A DNA stretch of 64,000 nt from an uncultured Eubacteriales bacterium (lineage in GTDB: Bacteria > Bacillota > Clostridia > Christensenellales > CAG-138), in the NCBI GenBank assembly GCA_902801845.1, contig CADCJW010000002.1, forward strand, positions 399,612-463,611, given 5' to 3'. The translations under genes were made by a program, and so were the position numbers. Below are positions 36,796-46,458 of the stretch, one piece after another; position 1 is the first letter of the stretch; each line of letters begins with the position of its first letter. The notes beneath the pieces are model-generated. The model was not told the DNA's origin, did no database searches, and saw only the letters and a list, made by a program, of their open reading frames with translations.

Positions 36796-37587
36796 ATGAG
36801 AGCGACGAAAGCCTTTGTGGAGCAGGCCCTTGCCCGGGAGGGGCTGCAGCCCAACAAAAACCTGGGCCAGAACTTTTGCGTGGACGGGGCGGCCCTCCAA
36901 CGGCTGGCGGGGGCCCTGCCCCTGACGGGCCGGACGGTGCTGGAGATCGGCCCGGGGCTGGGGGGGCTCACGGAGCTGCTCCTCGCCGCCGGGGCGCGGG
37001 TCTACGCCGTGGAGAAGGACCCCCGGCTCTGCGATTTTTTGCGCCGGGATCTGAGGGACGAGGGGCTCACCCTCATCGAGGGGGACTGCCTCAGGACGGA
37101 TCTCGGCTTCCTGCCGCCGGGGTTCGTGGCGGCGGGGAACCTGCCCTACTGCATCACGGCGGACGCGGTGACCATGCTGTTGAAGCTCCGGCCCGCGGGG
37201 ATGCTCCTCATGGTGCAGAAGGAGGCGGCGGACCGGTTCTTCGCCCAGCCGGGGCAGAAGAACTACGGCCCCGTGGCCATGGTCTCCCAGCTCTACTACA
37301 CCCCCGAGCTTCTGGGCCTGGTGCCCCCCGGGGCCTATGTGCCGCCCCCTACGGTGACCAGCGCCCTCGTGAAGCTGGAGGCCCGGCCGGACGCTCCCCA
37401 GGAATCCCCAGGATCCCTGTTAAAATTTGCGGCTGCCTGCTTGCGCATGCGGCGCAAGACGCTGTATAATAACCTTACCGGAACGCCGGCGCTGAAGGGC
37501 GTCCTGGCCGACATGGGCCTCGCCCCCGACCTGCGGGGGGAAGCCCTGACGCCGGAACAGCTGTTGACCCTCTACCGGCGGCTATGA
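36796..37587 (+). CDS. rsmA: 16S rRNA m6,2A dimethyltransferase KsgA
   Basis: KNLGQNF, VLEIGPGLGGLT, VEKD, GNLPYCIT, MVQKE, P.P.VTSA, RRKTLYNNL. Confidence 0.93.
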   Translation: MRATKAFVEQALAREGLQPNKNLGQNFCVDGAALQRLAGALPLTGRTVLEIGPGLGGLTELLLAAGARVYAVEKDPRLCDFLRRDLRDEGLTLIEGDCLRTDLGFLPPGFVAAGNLPYCITADAVTMLLKLRPAGMLLMVQKEAADRFFAQPGQKNYGPVAMVSQLYYTPELLGLVPPGAYVPPPTVTSALVKLEARPDAPQESPGSLLKFAAACLRMRRKTLYNNLTGTPALKGVLADMGLAPDLRGEALTPEQLLTLYRRL

Positions 37588-37613
37588 CATCAACACGAAA
37601 AGGAGATATGCGT

Positions 37614-38450
37614 ATGGAAAAGAAACTGAAGAAGGTCCAGCGGGGCGCCGCGTTCGGCTTCGTGGTGCTGAAGATCCTGCGGATCCTGCTCATCATCCTG
37701 GCGCTGGTGGCGGTGATCGCCCTGGTGATCAGCGCCCTGTACGACGTGAACAAGCTGCCTTTGGACAACGTGGAGAACGGTTTCTTGACGTTGGACTTCT
37801 CCCAGTTCGGCATCACGGGCCTGCCCAAGGTGGGCGAGCTCATCCAGGACGGGGTGCTGAAGGTGGAGCTGAAGGATCTGAAGCTGGTGATCGTCATGCT
37901 CCTTTCGGCAGCGCTGCTGGTGCTGGCGGCGGTCTACGTGCTGCTGCTGGTGGCCGGGAACCTGTTCAAGCACATCAAGGCTGAGGACACCCCCTTCACC
38001 CGGGGCAACGCCCGCCGGCTGCGGCTGCTGGGGGCCCTGTTCATCGTGTTCTGGCTCTGCGGCATGGTCCTTTCCTACTTCCTGGGCAGCCAGATCGTGC
38101 AGCAGCTGGCCCTGCCCACCGATCGGGTGAGCATCGCCGTCAACCTGCTGCCCCTGGGCATCGGTCTCGTGTTCTTCTTCCTGGCCGCGGTATTCACCTT
38201 CGGCCGGACCCAGGGCGAAGCCCTGTCCGCCCTAACCCCCGCGCCCGAGCCTGAGCCCAAGCCGGAGCCGGCCTATGAGCCCCCCACGGCGCCCGTGGTC
38301 CTGCCGGAGCCGGAGCCCGTGCCGGACGCTGAGGTGGAGCCGGTGGAGGAGCCCGTGGAGATGCCCGCCGAGGCCACCCACGTCTTCGAGCCCATGGCGG
38401 AGGAGGCCCCCCTGGAGACCTACGAGCCCCCCGTGGAGCCGGAGGAATAA
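37614..38450 (+). CDS. DUF2975-like membrane protein with acidic Pro/Glu-rich tail
   Basis: Four TM segments, EDTPFT.GNARRLR, VFTFG; PEPEP tail. Confidence 0.65.
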   Translation: MEKKLKKVQRGAAFGFVVLKILRILLIILALVAVIALVISALYDVNKLPLDNVENGFLTLDFSQFGITGLPKVGELIQDGVLKVELKDLKLVIVMLLSAALLVLAAVYVLLLVAGNLFKHIKAEDTPFTRGNARRLRLLGALFIVFWLCGMVLSYFLGSQIVQQLALPTDRVSIAVNLLPLGIGLVFFFLAAVFTFGRTQGEALSALTPAPEPEPKPEPAYEPPTAPVVLPEPEPVPDAEVEPVEEPVEMPAEATHVFEPMAEEAPLETYEPPVEPEE

Positions 38451-38464
38451 GCAAATCTTCCAAC

Positions 38465-38504
38465 AAAAAACAGCTGGGAAGCCATTTCCCAGCTGTTTCT
38501 GTTT
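38465..38504. terminator. bidirectional terminator
   Basis: aaacagctgggaa-gccat-ttcccagctgttt between convergent genes. Confidence 0.75.
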
Positions 38505-38513
38505 GGTTGCAGG

Positions 38514-39836
38514 CTATCGGTCCAGGCGCGCCATATCCTGTAGGGTCTCCCGCTCCACGGCCACATAGGCGTCCCCGCCCCGGAGCATGACCACGGGAGG
38601 CCGCAGCAGGCGGTTATAGGCGGAGGCCATGGAAAAATTGTAGGCGCCCGTGGTGCAGACGGCGATCACGTCCCCCCGCTTCGTGGCGGCGGGGAAGGGC
38701 ACCTCCGGCTGGATCACGTCCCCGCTTTCGCAGCACCGGCCCACCAGATCGAAGGCCACGTCCGCGGGCTCCTCCATGCGGCCGGCGTTGAAGCAGGTGT
38801 ATTGGGACCCATAGAGGGCGTAGCGGGGGTTGTCCGTCATGCCGCCGTCCACGGATACATAGCGCTTATAGCCCGTGATCTCCTTCACGGAGCCCACGGT
38901 GTACAGCGTCATGCCCGCGTCCGCCACGATGCTGCGCCCCGGCTCCATGAGGATCTTGGGCACGGGCAGGTCCAGCCGCTTCGAGATGGCGTACAGGGTT
39001 TCCGCCAGGTTGGCGATCTTCCGGGGGATATGGATCTCGGGGTCGCTTTCCACATAGCGCACGCCGTAGCCGCCGCCCAGATCCAGCTCCTCCGGCAGAT
39101 AGCCCCAGCGGTCATGGATGGTACGGATGAAGGCCATCATCACGATGACTGACCGCTCGAACACGTCCTCCCAGAAGACCTGGGACCCCACGTGGCAGTG
39201 GAACCCGGCCACGTCCAGGTGGGGTTGCGCCAGCGCCAGCCCCACGAAGGGCTCCGCCTGGCCGGTCTCGATGGACACGCCAAACTTGGAATCCACCTGG
39301 CCGGTGCTGACGGCGGCGTAGGTATGGGGATCGATGCCGGGGGTGATCCGAAGCAGTACCTTCTGGCGCAGATCCCGGCGGGCGGCCTCCGCCTCCAGGG
39401 CCAGCAGCTCCTCCACCCCGTCCACCACGAAACAGCCCACCCCCGCGTCCATAGCGAAGGCGATATCCTCATCCGTCTTGTTGTTCCCATGATAATAGAC
39501 CTTCTCCATGGGGAAGCCTGCGGTCTGGGCGGTGTATATCTCCCCGGGGGAGACCACGTCCAGCCCCAGGCCCTCCTCCCCCACGATGCGGCACATCTGG
39601 CGGAAGGCGGCGGCCTTGCTGGCGTACAGGACCATGGAGCCCTGGGGAAGGCATTCCGCAAAGGCGTCCCGGTAGAGGCGGCAGTTGTGCCGGATCCGGT
39701 CCTCATCCATGAGATACAGGGGGGTCCCGTAGGTTTGTGCCAGCTTCAGGGTGTCCTGGCCGGCGAAGCGCAGGTGCCCGTCCTTCCGATCCAGGTTGGA
39801 ACAAAGGGCCGTTTCGGGGTGCAGGGGGAGCGTCAT
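38514..39836 (-). CDS. lysA: diaminopimelate decarboxylase
   Basis: YGTPLY, YASKA (PLP Lys), HGNNK, SKFG, HCHVGSQ, LDLGGG, EPGRS, CESGD, TGAY; lysine riboswitch upstream. Confidence 0.95.
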   Translation of the reverse strand: MTLPLHPETALCSNLDRKDGHLRFAGQDTLKLAQTYGTPLYLMDEDRIRHNCRLYRDAFAECLPQGSMVLYASKAAAFRQMCRIVGEEGLGLDVVSPGEIYTAQTAGFPMEKVYYHGNNKTDEDIAFAMDAGVGCFVVDGVEELLALEAEAARRDLRQKVLLRITPGIDPHTYAAVSTGQVDSKFGVSIETGQAEPFVGLALAQPHLDVAGFHCHVGSQVFWEDVFERSVIVMMAFIRTIHDRWGYLPEELDLGGGYGVRYVESDPEIHIPRKIANLAETLYAISKRLDLPVPKILMEPGRSIVADAGMTLYTVGSVKEITGYKRYVSVDGGMTDNPRYALYGSQYTCFNAGRMEEPADVAFDLVGRCCESGDVIQPEVPFPAATKRGDVIAVCTTGAYNFSMASAYNRLLRPPVVMLRGGDAYVAVERETLQDMARLDR

Positions 39837-39861
39837 GCCATTTATCTCCTTCGTATCCAGC

Positions 39862-39891
39862 AAAAAAGGCCGATGCGTTCGCGCATCGACC
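39862..39891 (-). terminator. riboswitch expression-platform terminator
   Basis: Minus strand ggtcgatgcg-cgaa-cgcatcggcc-T6 just before the lysA RBS. Confidence 0.8.
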
Positions 39892-39947
39892 GTTCATGAT
39901 CCAGTTCTCCCCCGAAAACAAAGTCTCCCGGGCCAACCAGGCAATCA

Positions 39948-40110
39948 TCGATAGCTCTCCGCAAACGCGACAGTCAGCTGGATATTCTCCAGTTGCCCAG
40001 GCCCGGCACGCAACCGCCCGACCTTCGGCAGGGATCCCTTTCGTCCCGGGCAACGGCCCTGCATGGCCTTTTCCACCCGCACTACTGATGATACCTGCGC
40101 CTCTATCCCT
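39948..40110 (-). ncRNA. lysine riboswitch (L-box)
   Basis: Minus strand gatAGAGGCGC..AGTA..GAAAGG..GCCGAA..TGGG..AATA..GACTGTC..GAGAGCTatc, upstream of lysA; promoter TTGACG-17-TATCGT upstream. Confidence 0.93.
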
Positions 40111-40181
40111 TCCTTGCTGTGAAATTTTCCATACGATATCACATTTCCCGACATTCGTCAAGGATAATATATGATCCCGTT

Positions 40182-41192
40182 TTACTGGAGGTTTCGGATG
40201 GCGCGCTCGATCTCCTCCCGCTCCTCGCCGCTGACGATGCCCCACTCCTCCCGCATGAGCCGCAGGACCTCCCGATAGGCTTCGACGGCCCCGGCCTTGT
40301 CGCCCTGGATCTCCCGGATGTGGGCGATGCACATGGCGCCGTCGGTGAACTTGGGTGATTCCTGAAGGGCCAGGCCCTTTTTATACAGGGCCACGGCCTT
40401 GTCATATTCCTGCCGCTGGGTGTAGATGTCCCCCAGGACCAGAGCGAGACACCAGTCGTCCTCCAGAGCTTCCAGCTCGGCAAGCCGCGCATCCGCCTCG
40501 CCCTTTCCCTCGGCTAGGGCGATCTGATACCGGTACATGGGGGTGCGGAAGGTGTTGTCGACGGATGCCAGTTTTTCAAGCCACCCTTTGGCTTCGGTGA
40601 GTCGGCGATCGTCGATCAGGTTGTCCAGCAGCCACATGATAACGGCCCGGTTCCCCGGGTTCCGGCCGCAGTAGTCGCTAAGCCAGGCGATGAGCGCGTG
40701 GTGGTTGCGCACGTTCCAGTCGGGGATGTAGCTGTTCCAGGCGTTGGTGAGCTCGCTGACGGCGTCGGAATTGCCCTTCGTCTCCTCCACGGCCACCTTG
40801 CCATGCTCCACCGCCAGGAGCTTATACTGCTCGGCCTGGTTGTTGTAGAGCTTTGCGAGCAGCAGCTCCGCCTGACCCTTCAGCTTCGGGTCCTCCCCGA
40901 AGGCGCGGAGCTGCTGTTCCAGCTGCCGCTGTTCCGCCTCGTCGAAGAGGCCCCGGGCATAGATGCGGTTTTCCATCCGCTCCATCTGCTGGGTGGGGCT
41001 CATGGCGAAGAGCTGGTCGATGCTGACGCCGAAGTACACGGCGATCTGGGGCAGCAGCTGCACGTCGGGGATGGTGTTGCCGCACTCCCACTTGCTCACG
41101 GTCTGGGCGCTTACGTTCAGGGCCGCCGCCAGGGCCTCCTGGGTCAACCCCCGATCCTGCCGCAGCCGGCGAATTTCCTTTCCCATTTCCAT
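40182..41192 (-). CDS. XRE-family HTH regulator with C-terminal TPR-like repeats
   Basis: LTQEALAAALNVSAQTVSKWECG..PD; helical repeats LGDIY...EYDKAVALYKKGL. Confidence 0.85.
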   Translation of the reverse strand: MEMGKEIRRLRQDRGLTQEALAAALNVSAQTVSKWECGNTIPDVQLLPQIAVYFGVSIDQLFAMSPTQQMERMENRIYARGLFDEAEQRQLEQQLRAFGEDPKLKGQAELLLAKLYNNQAEQYKLLAVEHGKVAVEETKGNSDAVSELTNAWNSYIPDWNVRNHHALIAWLSDYCGRNPGNRAVIMWLLDNLIDDRRLTEAKGWLEKLASVDNTFRTPMYRYQIALAEGKGEADARLAELEALEDDWCLALVLGDIYTQRQEYDKAVALYKKGLALQESPKFTDGAMCIAHIREIQGDKAGAVEAYREVLRLMREEWGIVSGEEREEIERAIRNLQ

Positions 41193-41327
41193 TGGTTCGT
41201 CCTCCTTGTTTTCGTTGGCCTTAGCATACCAAACCCGGAGTCCAAAAACCAGCGCCTGTCGCGGGAGGCAACTCGCCTGACGGTTGGATGAAGCCTGCCG
41301 CAGCCGGAAGGGATCCCTTGCTTCGGG

Positions 41328-42455
41328 TCAGTCCGCCATATCCACGTCCGGCACGATCAGGATCTCGTAGTCCGGATACAGGCCGCTGATCTCCCCGTGC
41401 AGGGCTTCCAGCGCCTCCTTCCGATCCACGTCGAAGCTCATGACCACGTCAAAGCGGAGGGTCTTCTGTTCCGTATCGGCATAGAAGCCGTGCATCTGCA
41501 GCGCCCAGTCGTGGGATAGGACCGTCTCCTGGATCCGGTTGCGCATCCGGGCCGCTTCGTCGTCGGACGTGTTGAAGGAATAGACGCCGATGCCGGTCAG
41601 GAGGACGCCGGTCCTGCGGAAAACGTTGTTTTGGATGCGCCGCGTGATGCGGTCCACCTGGTCCACCGTCAGGGTGTCCGGCAATTCCACGTGCACGGAG
41701 CCGTAGTTCTTGTTCGGCCCGTAATTGAACAGCGTCACGTCATACGCGCCGAGTACCGCTTCCTCCTCGCAGATGATGTCTTTAAGGTCCTTGGTGGTCT
41801 CCGCGTCCTCCCGCTTGCCGATGATGTCGTTCAGCGTTTCGATCATCATCTCGACGCCCGCCTTGATGATGAAGCCCGCGATCACCACGCCCACGTAAGC
41901 TTCCAGGGAGACGCCCCAAATCAAATAGACAACGGCCGAGGCCAGCACCGAAGCGGACAGGATCGCGTCGAACATGGCGTCGGAGCCGGAGGCGACGAGG
42001 GCGCTGGAGTTGACCCTTTTGCCCTGCTTTTTCACATACAGGCCCAGGATCAGCTTGGCGGCGATAGCCACGAAGAGGATGACGAGGGTGACCGCGCCGT
42101 AGTCCGCGGCTTCCGGATGGATGATCTTTTTGATCGATTCCACCAAGGACGTGATGCCCGCGTACAGCACGAGGGCGGCCACGATCATGGAGCTTAGATA
42201 TTCGATCCTGCCATAGCCCAGAGGATGCTTTTTGTCCGGCTGCTTGGCGCCCAGTTTCGCGCCGATGATCGTGACCACCGACGAAAGGGCGTCGCTGAGG
42301 TTGTTGACCGCATCCAGGATGATCGCGATGGAGTTGGACATCAAGCCGACGAAGGCTTTGAAACCCACCAGCAGCACGTTCGTGACGATCCCGATGACGC
42401 TGGTACGGACGATGGCTTTTTCTCTGTCGGCGGCTTCAATCGTAATATCCGTCAT
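41328..42455 (-). CDS. cation diffusion facilitator (FieF-like) transporter with duplicated C-terminal domain
   Basis: SIAIILDAVNNLSD, PDKKHPLGYGRIEY, SDAMFD. Confidence 0.9.
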   Translation of the reverse strand: MTDITIEAADREKAIVRTSVIGIVTNVLLVGFKAFVGLMSNSIAIILDAVNNLSDALSSVVTIIGAKLGAKQPDKKHPLGYGRIEYLSSMIVAALVLYAGITSLVESIKKIIHPEAADYGAVTLVILFVAIAAKLILGLYVKKQGKRVNSSALVASGSDAMFDAILSASVLASAVVYLIWGVSLEAYVGVVIAGFIIKAGVEMMIETLNDIIGKREDAETTKDLKDIICEEEAVLGAYDVTLFNYGPNKNYGSVHVELPDTLTVDQVDRITRRIQNNVFRRTGVLLTGIGVYSFNTSDDEAARMRNRIQETVLSHDWALQMHGFYADTEQKTLRFDVVMSFDVDRKEALEALHGEISGLYPDYEILIVPDVDMAD

Positions 42456-42464
42456 GATATCTCC

Positions 42465-43010
42465 TCAAAGGGCTGCTTCCACGGCTTTTCTGACTTCCCC
42501 CATGTCCACGGTCGGCTCGAAGCGGGCGACGACCTTGCCCTCGCGATCGATCAGAAACTTCGTGAAGTTCCACTTGATATACGCCTTATCGCCGAACGCT
42601 TTGTTGTTCATGTTGGCGAACTTCTCGAGCATCCCGTTTTTGATGCCCTTGCCGAAGCCCGCAAAGGGCTTTTCCGTCGCAAGGAACGCAAACAGCGGGT
42701 CGGCAGACTCGCCGTTGACGTCGATCTTCTTGAACTGGGGGAAGTCCGCGCCGAACTTCAGCGTGCAGAACTCGTGGATCTCGTCCTCGCTGCCGGGCGC
42801 CTGATTGGCAAACTGATTGCAGGGAAAATCGAGGATCTCAAAACCCTTGTCACGAAGCTCCTTATACATGGCTTCGAGGGGATCGTAGTGCGGGGTGAAG
42901 CCGCAGCCGGTGGCCGTGTTGACGATCAGCAGCACCTTGCCCTTGTATTCGGACAGACTGACGTCGGTCCCTTTTCTGTCCTTCACCGTGAAATCATAGA
43001 TCGTTTTCAT
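42465..43010 (-). CDS. glutathione peroxidase family protein (Cys-type)
   Basis: GKVLLIVNTATGCGFT, FPCNQF, KIDVNG, IKWNFTKFL. Confidence 0.95.
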   Translation of the reverse strand: MKTIYDFTVKDRKGTDVSLSEYKGKVLLIVNTATGCGFTPHYDPLEAMYKELRDKGFEILDFPCNQFANQAPGSEDEIHEFCTLKFGADFPQFKKIDVNGESADPLFAFLATEKPFAGFGKGIKNGMLEKFANMNNKAFGDKAYIKWNFTKFLIDREGKVVARFEPTVDMGEVRKAVEAAL

Positions 43011-43462
43011 TTTTTGCTTCCTTTCATTTTTTGATTGTCCAAGAGTTCATACAGCAGCCCATAAAGCGTCTGGGCCTTCTCCGGCGGCAGGGCAAGACAG
43101 CTCGCCACCTTCGCCGGCACATCCTTCGTTTGTTCCTGCAGGGCTTTGCCCGCCTCCGTCAGCGTGATCACGACCACCCGGTCGTCCCGTTCGCTTCTGG
43201 TCCGTTCAATATACCCCGCCTGCTGCATCTTCTTGAGCAGCGGAGAGATCGTCCCATTATCCAGCATCAGCGTTTCGCATAGCTCCCCGACGGTGATCCC
43301 GTCCCTTTCCCACAACGCCAGAAACGCGATATACTGGGTATAGGTCAGCCCCAGGGGCCGTAAATACGGCGTATACAGGTTCGTTACGTTTCGCGCGGCA
43401 GCATACAGCGGAAAGCAAAGCTGGTTTTTGAGCTTCATGGTTTCATGATACCGATGATCCAT
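43007..43462 (-). CDS. MarR family regulator, OhrR-like
   Basis: QLCFPLYAA (OhrR sensing Cys), LTYTQY, LDNGT.SPLLKK, R.R..DDR.V. Confidence 0.88.
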   Translation of the reverse strand: MDHRYHETMKLKNQLCFPLYAAARNVTNLYTPYLRPLGLTYTQYIAFLALWERDGITVGELCETLMLDNGTISPLLKKMQQAGYIERTRSERDDRVVVITLTEAGKALQEQTKDVPAKVASCLALPPEKAQTLYGLLYELLDNQKMKGSKK

Positions 43463-43624
43463 ACAGCGGCCTCTTCTTGTTTGATTCTATTATATTTTAT
43501 CAAATATATTTGAAGCTGTCAAGAAAAAAACGCGGTTGGCTGAAGACGACCGCGCCATGCCTGCCGAAAGCAAAGAGGGCTATGCCCACGGCACAGCCCC
43601 TCCTTCGTTCTTTTTTCTCCAAAA

Positions 43625-44218
43625 TCACAGATTCCTCCGCCCCTCCAGGGCCTTGGCCAATGTCACCTCGTCGGTGTACTCCAAGTTCCCGCCGATGGGG
43701 ATGCCGTGGGCGATGCGGGAGGCTGTGACGCCCAGGGGCTTTAGGAGCCGGGCGATATAGGAGGCGGTGGCCTCCCCCTCCACGTCCGGGTTGGTGGCCA
43801 ATATGACCTCCTTCACCTCACCGGTCTTGCAGCGCTCCAGCAGCTCGTTGATCTTGATGTCCTTGGGGCCGATGCCCTCCATGGGGGACAGGGCGCCGAA
43901 GAGCACGTGGTACCGGCCGTTGAACTCCCTCGTCTTCTCCATGGCGATCACGTCCTTGGGGTCGGAGACCACGCAGATCACGTCCGCCCGCCGCCGGGGG
44001 TCGGCGCAGATCTCGCAGAGCTCCCCGTCGGTGTAGGTGCCGCAGATGGGGCAGTTGTGGACCTTCTGCCGGGCGTCGGTGATGGCCTGAGCCAGCTCCT
44101 GGGCCTGCTCCGGGGGCACGCCCAAAATATGATAGGCCAGCCGGGCCGCCGTCTTGCGCCCGATGCCCGGGAGCCGGCCCAGCTGCACCGTCAGCCGTTC
44201 GATGGATTCGATGGCCAT
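43625..44218 (-). CDS. recR: recombination mediator RecR
   Basis: [14 protein letters not shown]4 zinc finger, [25 protein letters not shown]. Confidence 0.97.
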   Translation of the reverse strand: MAIESIERLTVQLGRLPGIGRKTAARLAYHILGVPPEQAQELAQAITDARQKVHNCPICGTYTDGELCEICADPRRRADVICVVSDPKDVIAMEKTREFNGRYHVLFGALSPMEGIGPKDIKINELLERCKTGEVKEVILATNPDVEGEATASYIARLLKPLGVTASRIAHGIPIGGNLEYTDEVTLAKALEGRRNL

Positions 44219-44219
44219 A

Positions 44220-44558
44220 TCAGAAGCCCAGGTTCATGCCGCCGGTGAGCTTGCCCATCTCCTGCTCCACGGTGGAAGCGGCCTCCTTGAGGGCCCCGTT
44301 CACCGCGGAAAGGACCAGATCCTGGAGCATCTCCACGTCGTCCGGGTCCACGCACTGGGGGTCGATCTCCACGGACAGGACCTCCCGGGCCCCGTTCACC
44401 GTGACCTTCACCATGCCGCCGCCGGAGGAGGCCGAAAACTCCTGGGCGTTCAGCTCCGCCTGCTTTTTCTGCATGTTCTCCTGCATCCGCTGGGCCTGCT
44501 TCATGAGCTGCTGCATGTTGCCCATGCCGCCCATGGGGAATCCGCCGTGCTTTGCCAT
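44220..44558 (-). CDS. YbaB/EbfC nucleoid-associated protein
   Basis: [23 protein letters not shown]; between dnaX and recR. Confidence 0.95.
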   Translation of the reverse strand: MAKHGGFPMGGMGNMQQLMKQAQRMQENMQKKQAELNAQEFSASSGGGMVKVTVNGAREVLSVEIDPQCVDPDDVEMLQDLVLSAVNGALKEAASTVEQEMGKLTGGMNLGF

Positions 44559-44591
44559 ATCTATGTACCTCCGTTACAATATCGTTTATCC

Positions 44592-46292
44592 TTAGGTGAT
44601 GGTCAGCTTGTCCTTGAACAGGCCCACCAGATCCGCCACGTCCCCGTCGCTCTCCCCCTCCCGAAGGAGCAGCCGGACCCCGGGTTTGAGCTTGTCCAGC
44701 TCCCCCTGGAGCACCGCCACGCTTCGGGCGTTCAGCATCTTCATCTTCCCGGCGTAGACCGGGGCGAAGGAGACGGTCAGCTGGTCCTCCGTCAGGGCCG
44801 TGGCCTGGCCGAAGGCGGCGCTCTTATGGATGAGGGCGTTCACCTTCTGGACCTGGGCAAGGACCTGCTTCCACAGGGCGTCCGCCTCGTTGGCGGAGGC
44901 AGGCCCTTGAGGCGCTGCCGGAGCCGCCGCCGGCGCGGGGGCCGGGGGCCTCTCCTCTATCGGCTTCGGGGCCGGTTCGGGGGCCGGCACGGGAGCCGGG
45001 GCCGCCGGGGGCTCGAAGGCCTCCTCCGGCAGATACCCCTCCTCCGGGGGCGGCTCGGGGAGGTAGTCCTCCTCGTAGACCGGCTGGGCCGGGGCAGCCG
45101 CCGCGGGCGCCGCTGCCGGGGCCGCCGGGATGCCCTGTTCCGTCAAAACCTTCAGTTTTTCTTCCAATAAGGCGATGCGGGCCGCCAAAGCCTCCGTTCC
45201 CTGATCCTCCACGGGCTGAGCGATCCGCACCAGCACCGTCTCCAGGAGCATCCGGGGCGAGGGGTAGTACCGCATGTCGTTCTGGACGCCCATGAGCTGC
45301 TCCATGGCGTAGAGGATGCGGGCGTTGGAATGCTTGGCCGCCTGCTGCTGGTACCGGGCCATCCGATCCTGGGTGCAGGAGAGCATGTCGGCGCAGTCCC
45401 CGCAGGCCTTGGCTAAGAGGAGCGAGCGCATGTGCCCCGCCAGCTCCCCGGCGAAGACGGTCATGTCCCGGCCCTGCCGCACCACCTCGTCCAGGCCCAT
45501 GAGGGCCCCCCGCCCGTCCCCGGTGAGGAGCTTCTCCGCCATGTCGAAGAGGAAGCTTTCGTCCATGATGCCCAGGATGCTCTCCACGTCCCCGGCGGTC
45601 ACCCGCCCGTGACAGAAGGAGAGGCACTGGTCCAGAAGGGACAGGGCGTCCCGCATGCCCCCGTCCGCCGCCCGGGCGATGATCCGAAGGCCGTCGGGCT
45701 CCGCCTGGGCTCCGTCCGCCTTCAAAATGTATTGCATGTAGCCCATGATCTCCGGCACGGTGAGCCGATGGAAGTCGAACCGCTGGCACCGGGAGATGAT
45801 GGTAGCCGGGAGCTTTTGGGGCTCCGTGGTGGCCAGGATGAACACCACGTGCTCCGGCGGCTCCTCCAGGGTCTTGAGCAGGGCGTTGAAGGCGGAGCCG
45901 GAGAGCATGTGGACCTCGTCGATGATGAACACCCGATACCTGAGCTGCAGGGGGGCGAACTGGGCCTGGGAGATCAACTCCCGCACGTTCTCCACGCTGT
46001 TGTTGCTGGCCGCATCGATCTCGATGATGTCCGCGTTCTGGCCCGCCGCCGTCCGGCAGTTCTCGCAGGCAAGGCAGGGCTCCCCCTCCTCCGGATGGAG
46101 GCAGTTGATGGCCTTGGCCAGGATCCGGGCCGTGGTGGTCTTGCCCGTGCCCCGGGAGCCGCAGAAGAGATAGGCGTGGGAGAGCTGCCCCTCCCGCACC
46201 TGGTTTTTGAGGATGGTGGTGATATGCTTCTGGCCCGCCATCTGCCCGAACTGCTCGGGCCGGTAGGTCCTGTACAATGCCTGATACGCCAT
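44592..46292 (-). CDS. dnaX: DNA polymerase III subunit gamma/tau
   Basis: YQALYR.YRP, GSRGTGKTT, EIDAASN, IIDEVHMLS..AFNALLKTLEEPP, ISRCQ. Confidence 0.97.
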   Translation of the reverse strand: MAYQALYRTYRPEQFGQMAGQKHITTILKNQVREGQLSHAYLFCGSRGTGKTTTARILAKAINCLHPEEGEPCLACENCRTAAGQNADIIEIDAASNNSVENVRELISQAQFAPLQLRYRVFIIDEVHMLSGSAFNALLKTLEEPPEHVVFILATTEPQKLPATIISRCQRFDFHRLTVPEIMGYMQYILKADGAQAEPDGLRIIARAADGGMRDALSLLDQCLSFCHGRVTAGDVESILGIMDESFLFDMAEKLLTGDGRGALMGLDEVVRQGRDMTVFAGELAGHMRSLLLAKACGDCADMLSCTQDRMARYQQQAAKHSNARILYAMEQLMGVQNDMRYYPSPRMLLETVLVRIAQPVEDQGTEALAARIALLEEKLKVLTEQGIPAAPAAAPAAAAPAQPVYEEDYLPEPPPEEGYLPEEAFEPPAAPAPVPAPEPAPKPIEERPPAPAPAAAPAAPQGPASANEADALWKQVLAQVQKVNALIHKSAAFGQATALTEDQLTVSFAPVYAGKMKMLNARSVAVLQGELDKLKPGVRLLLREGESDGDVADLVGLFKDKLTIT

Positions 46293-46381
46293 ACGCGCCT
46301 CCTATTATTCCAGTATACCACAGCCGCGGCCCGTAGGAAAGGACTTTTTCCAAAGGTCGAAGGGGACAAGGGGACTTGCCC

Positions 46382-46410
46382 TTGACTCTCCCCCCGCCAG
46401 CCCCTATACT
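46382..46410 (+). promoter_or_regulatory. sigmaA promoter
   Basis: TTGACT, 17 bp, TATACT. Confidence 0.65.
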
Positions 46411-46458
46411 GAAAGCAGGATGGGGGGACGGCTCCCCCCAAGCACAGGGAGGTCCCCC

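Noticed and set aside
42465-43010. Selenocysteine in the glutathione peroxidase (or the C-GCAxxG-C-C protein)
   Set aside because: Active-site positions are Cys codons in uninterrupted ORFs
44592-46292. dnaX programmed frameshift
   Set aside because: No A AAA AAG or long A-run slippery site noticed after domain III
46293-46458. SRP RNA (often upstream of dnaX in Bacillota)
   Set aside because: Only divergent promoters seen; no SRP domain IV motif or long hairpin
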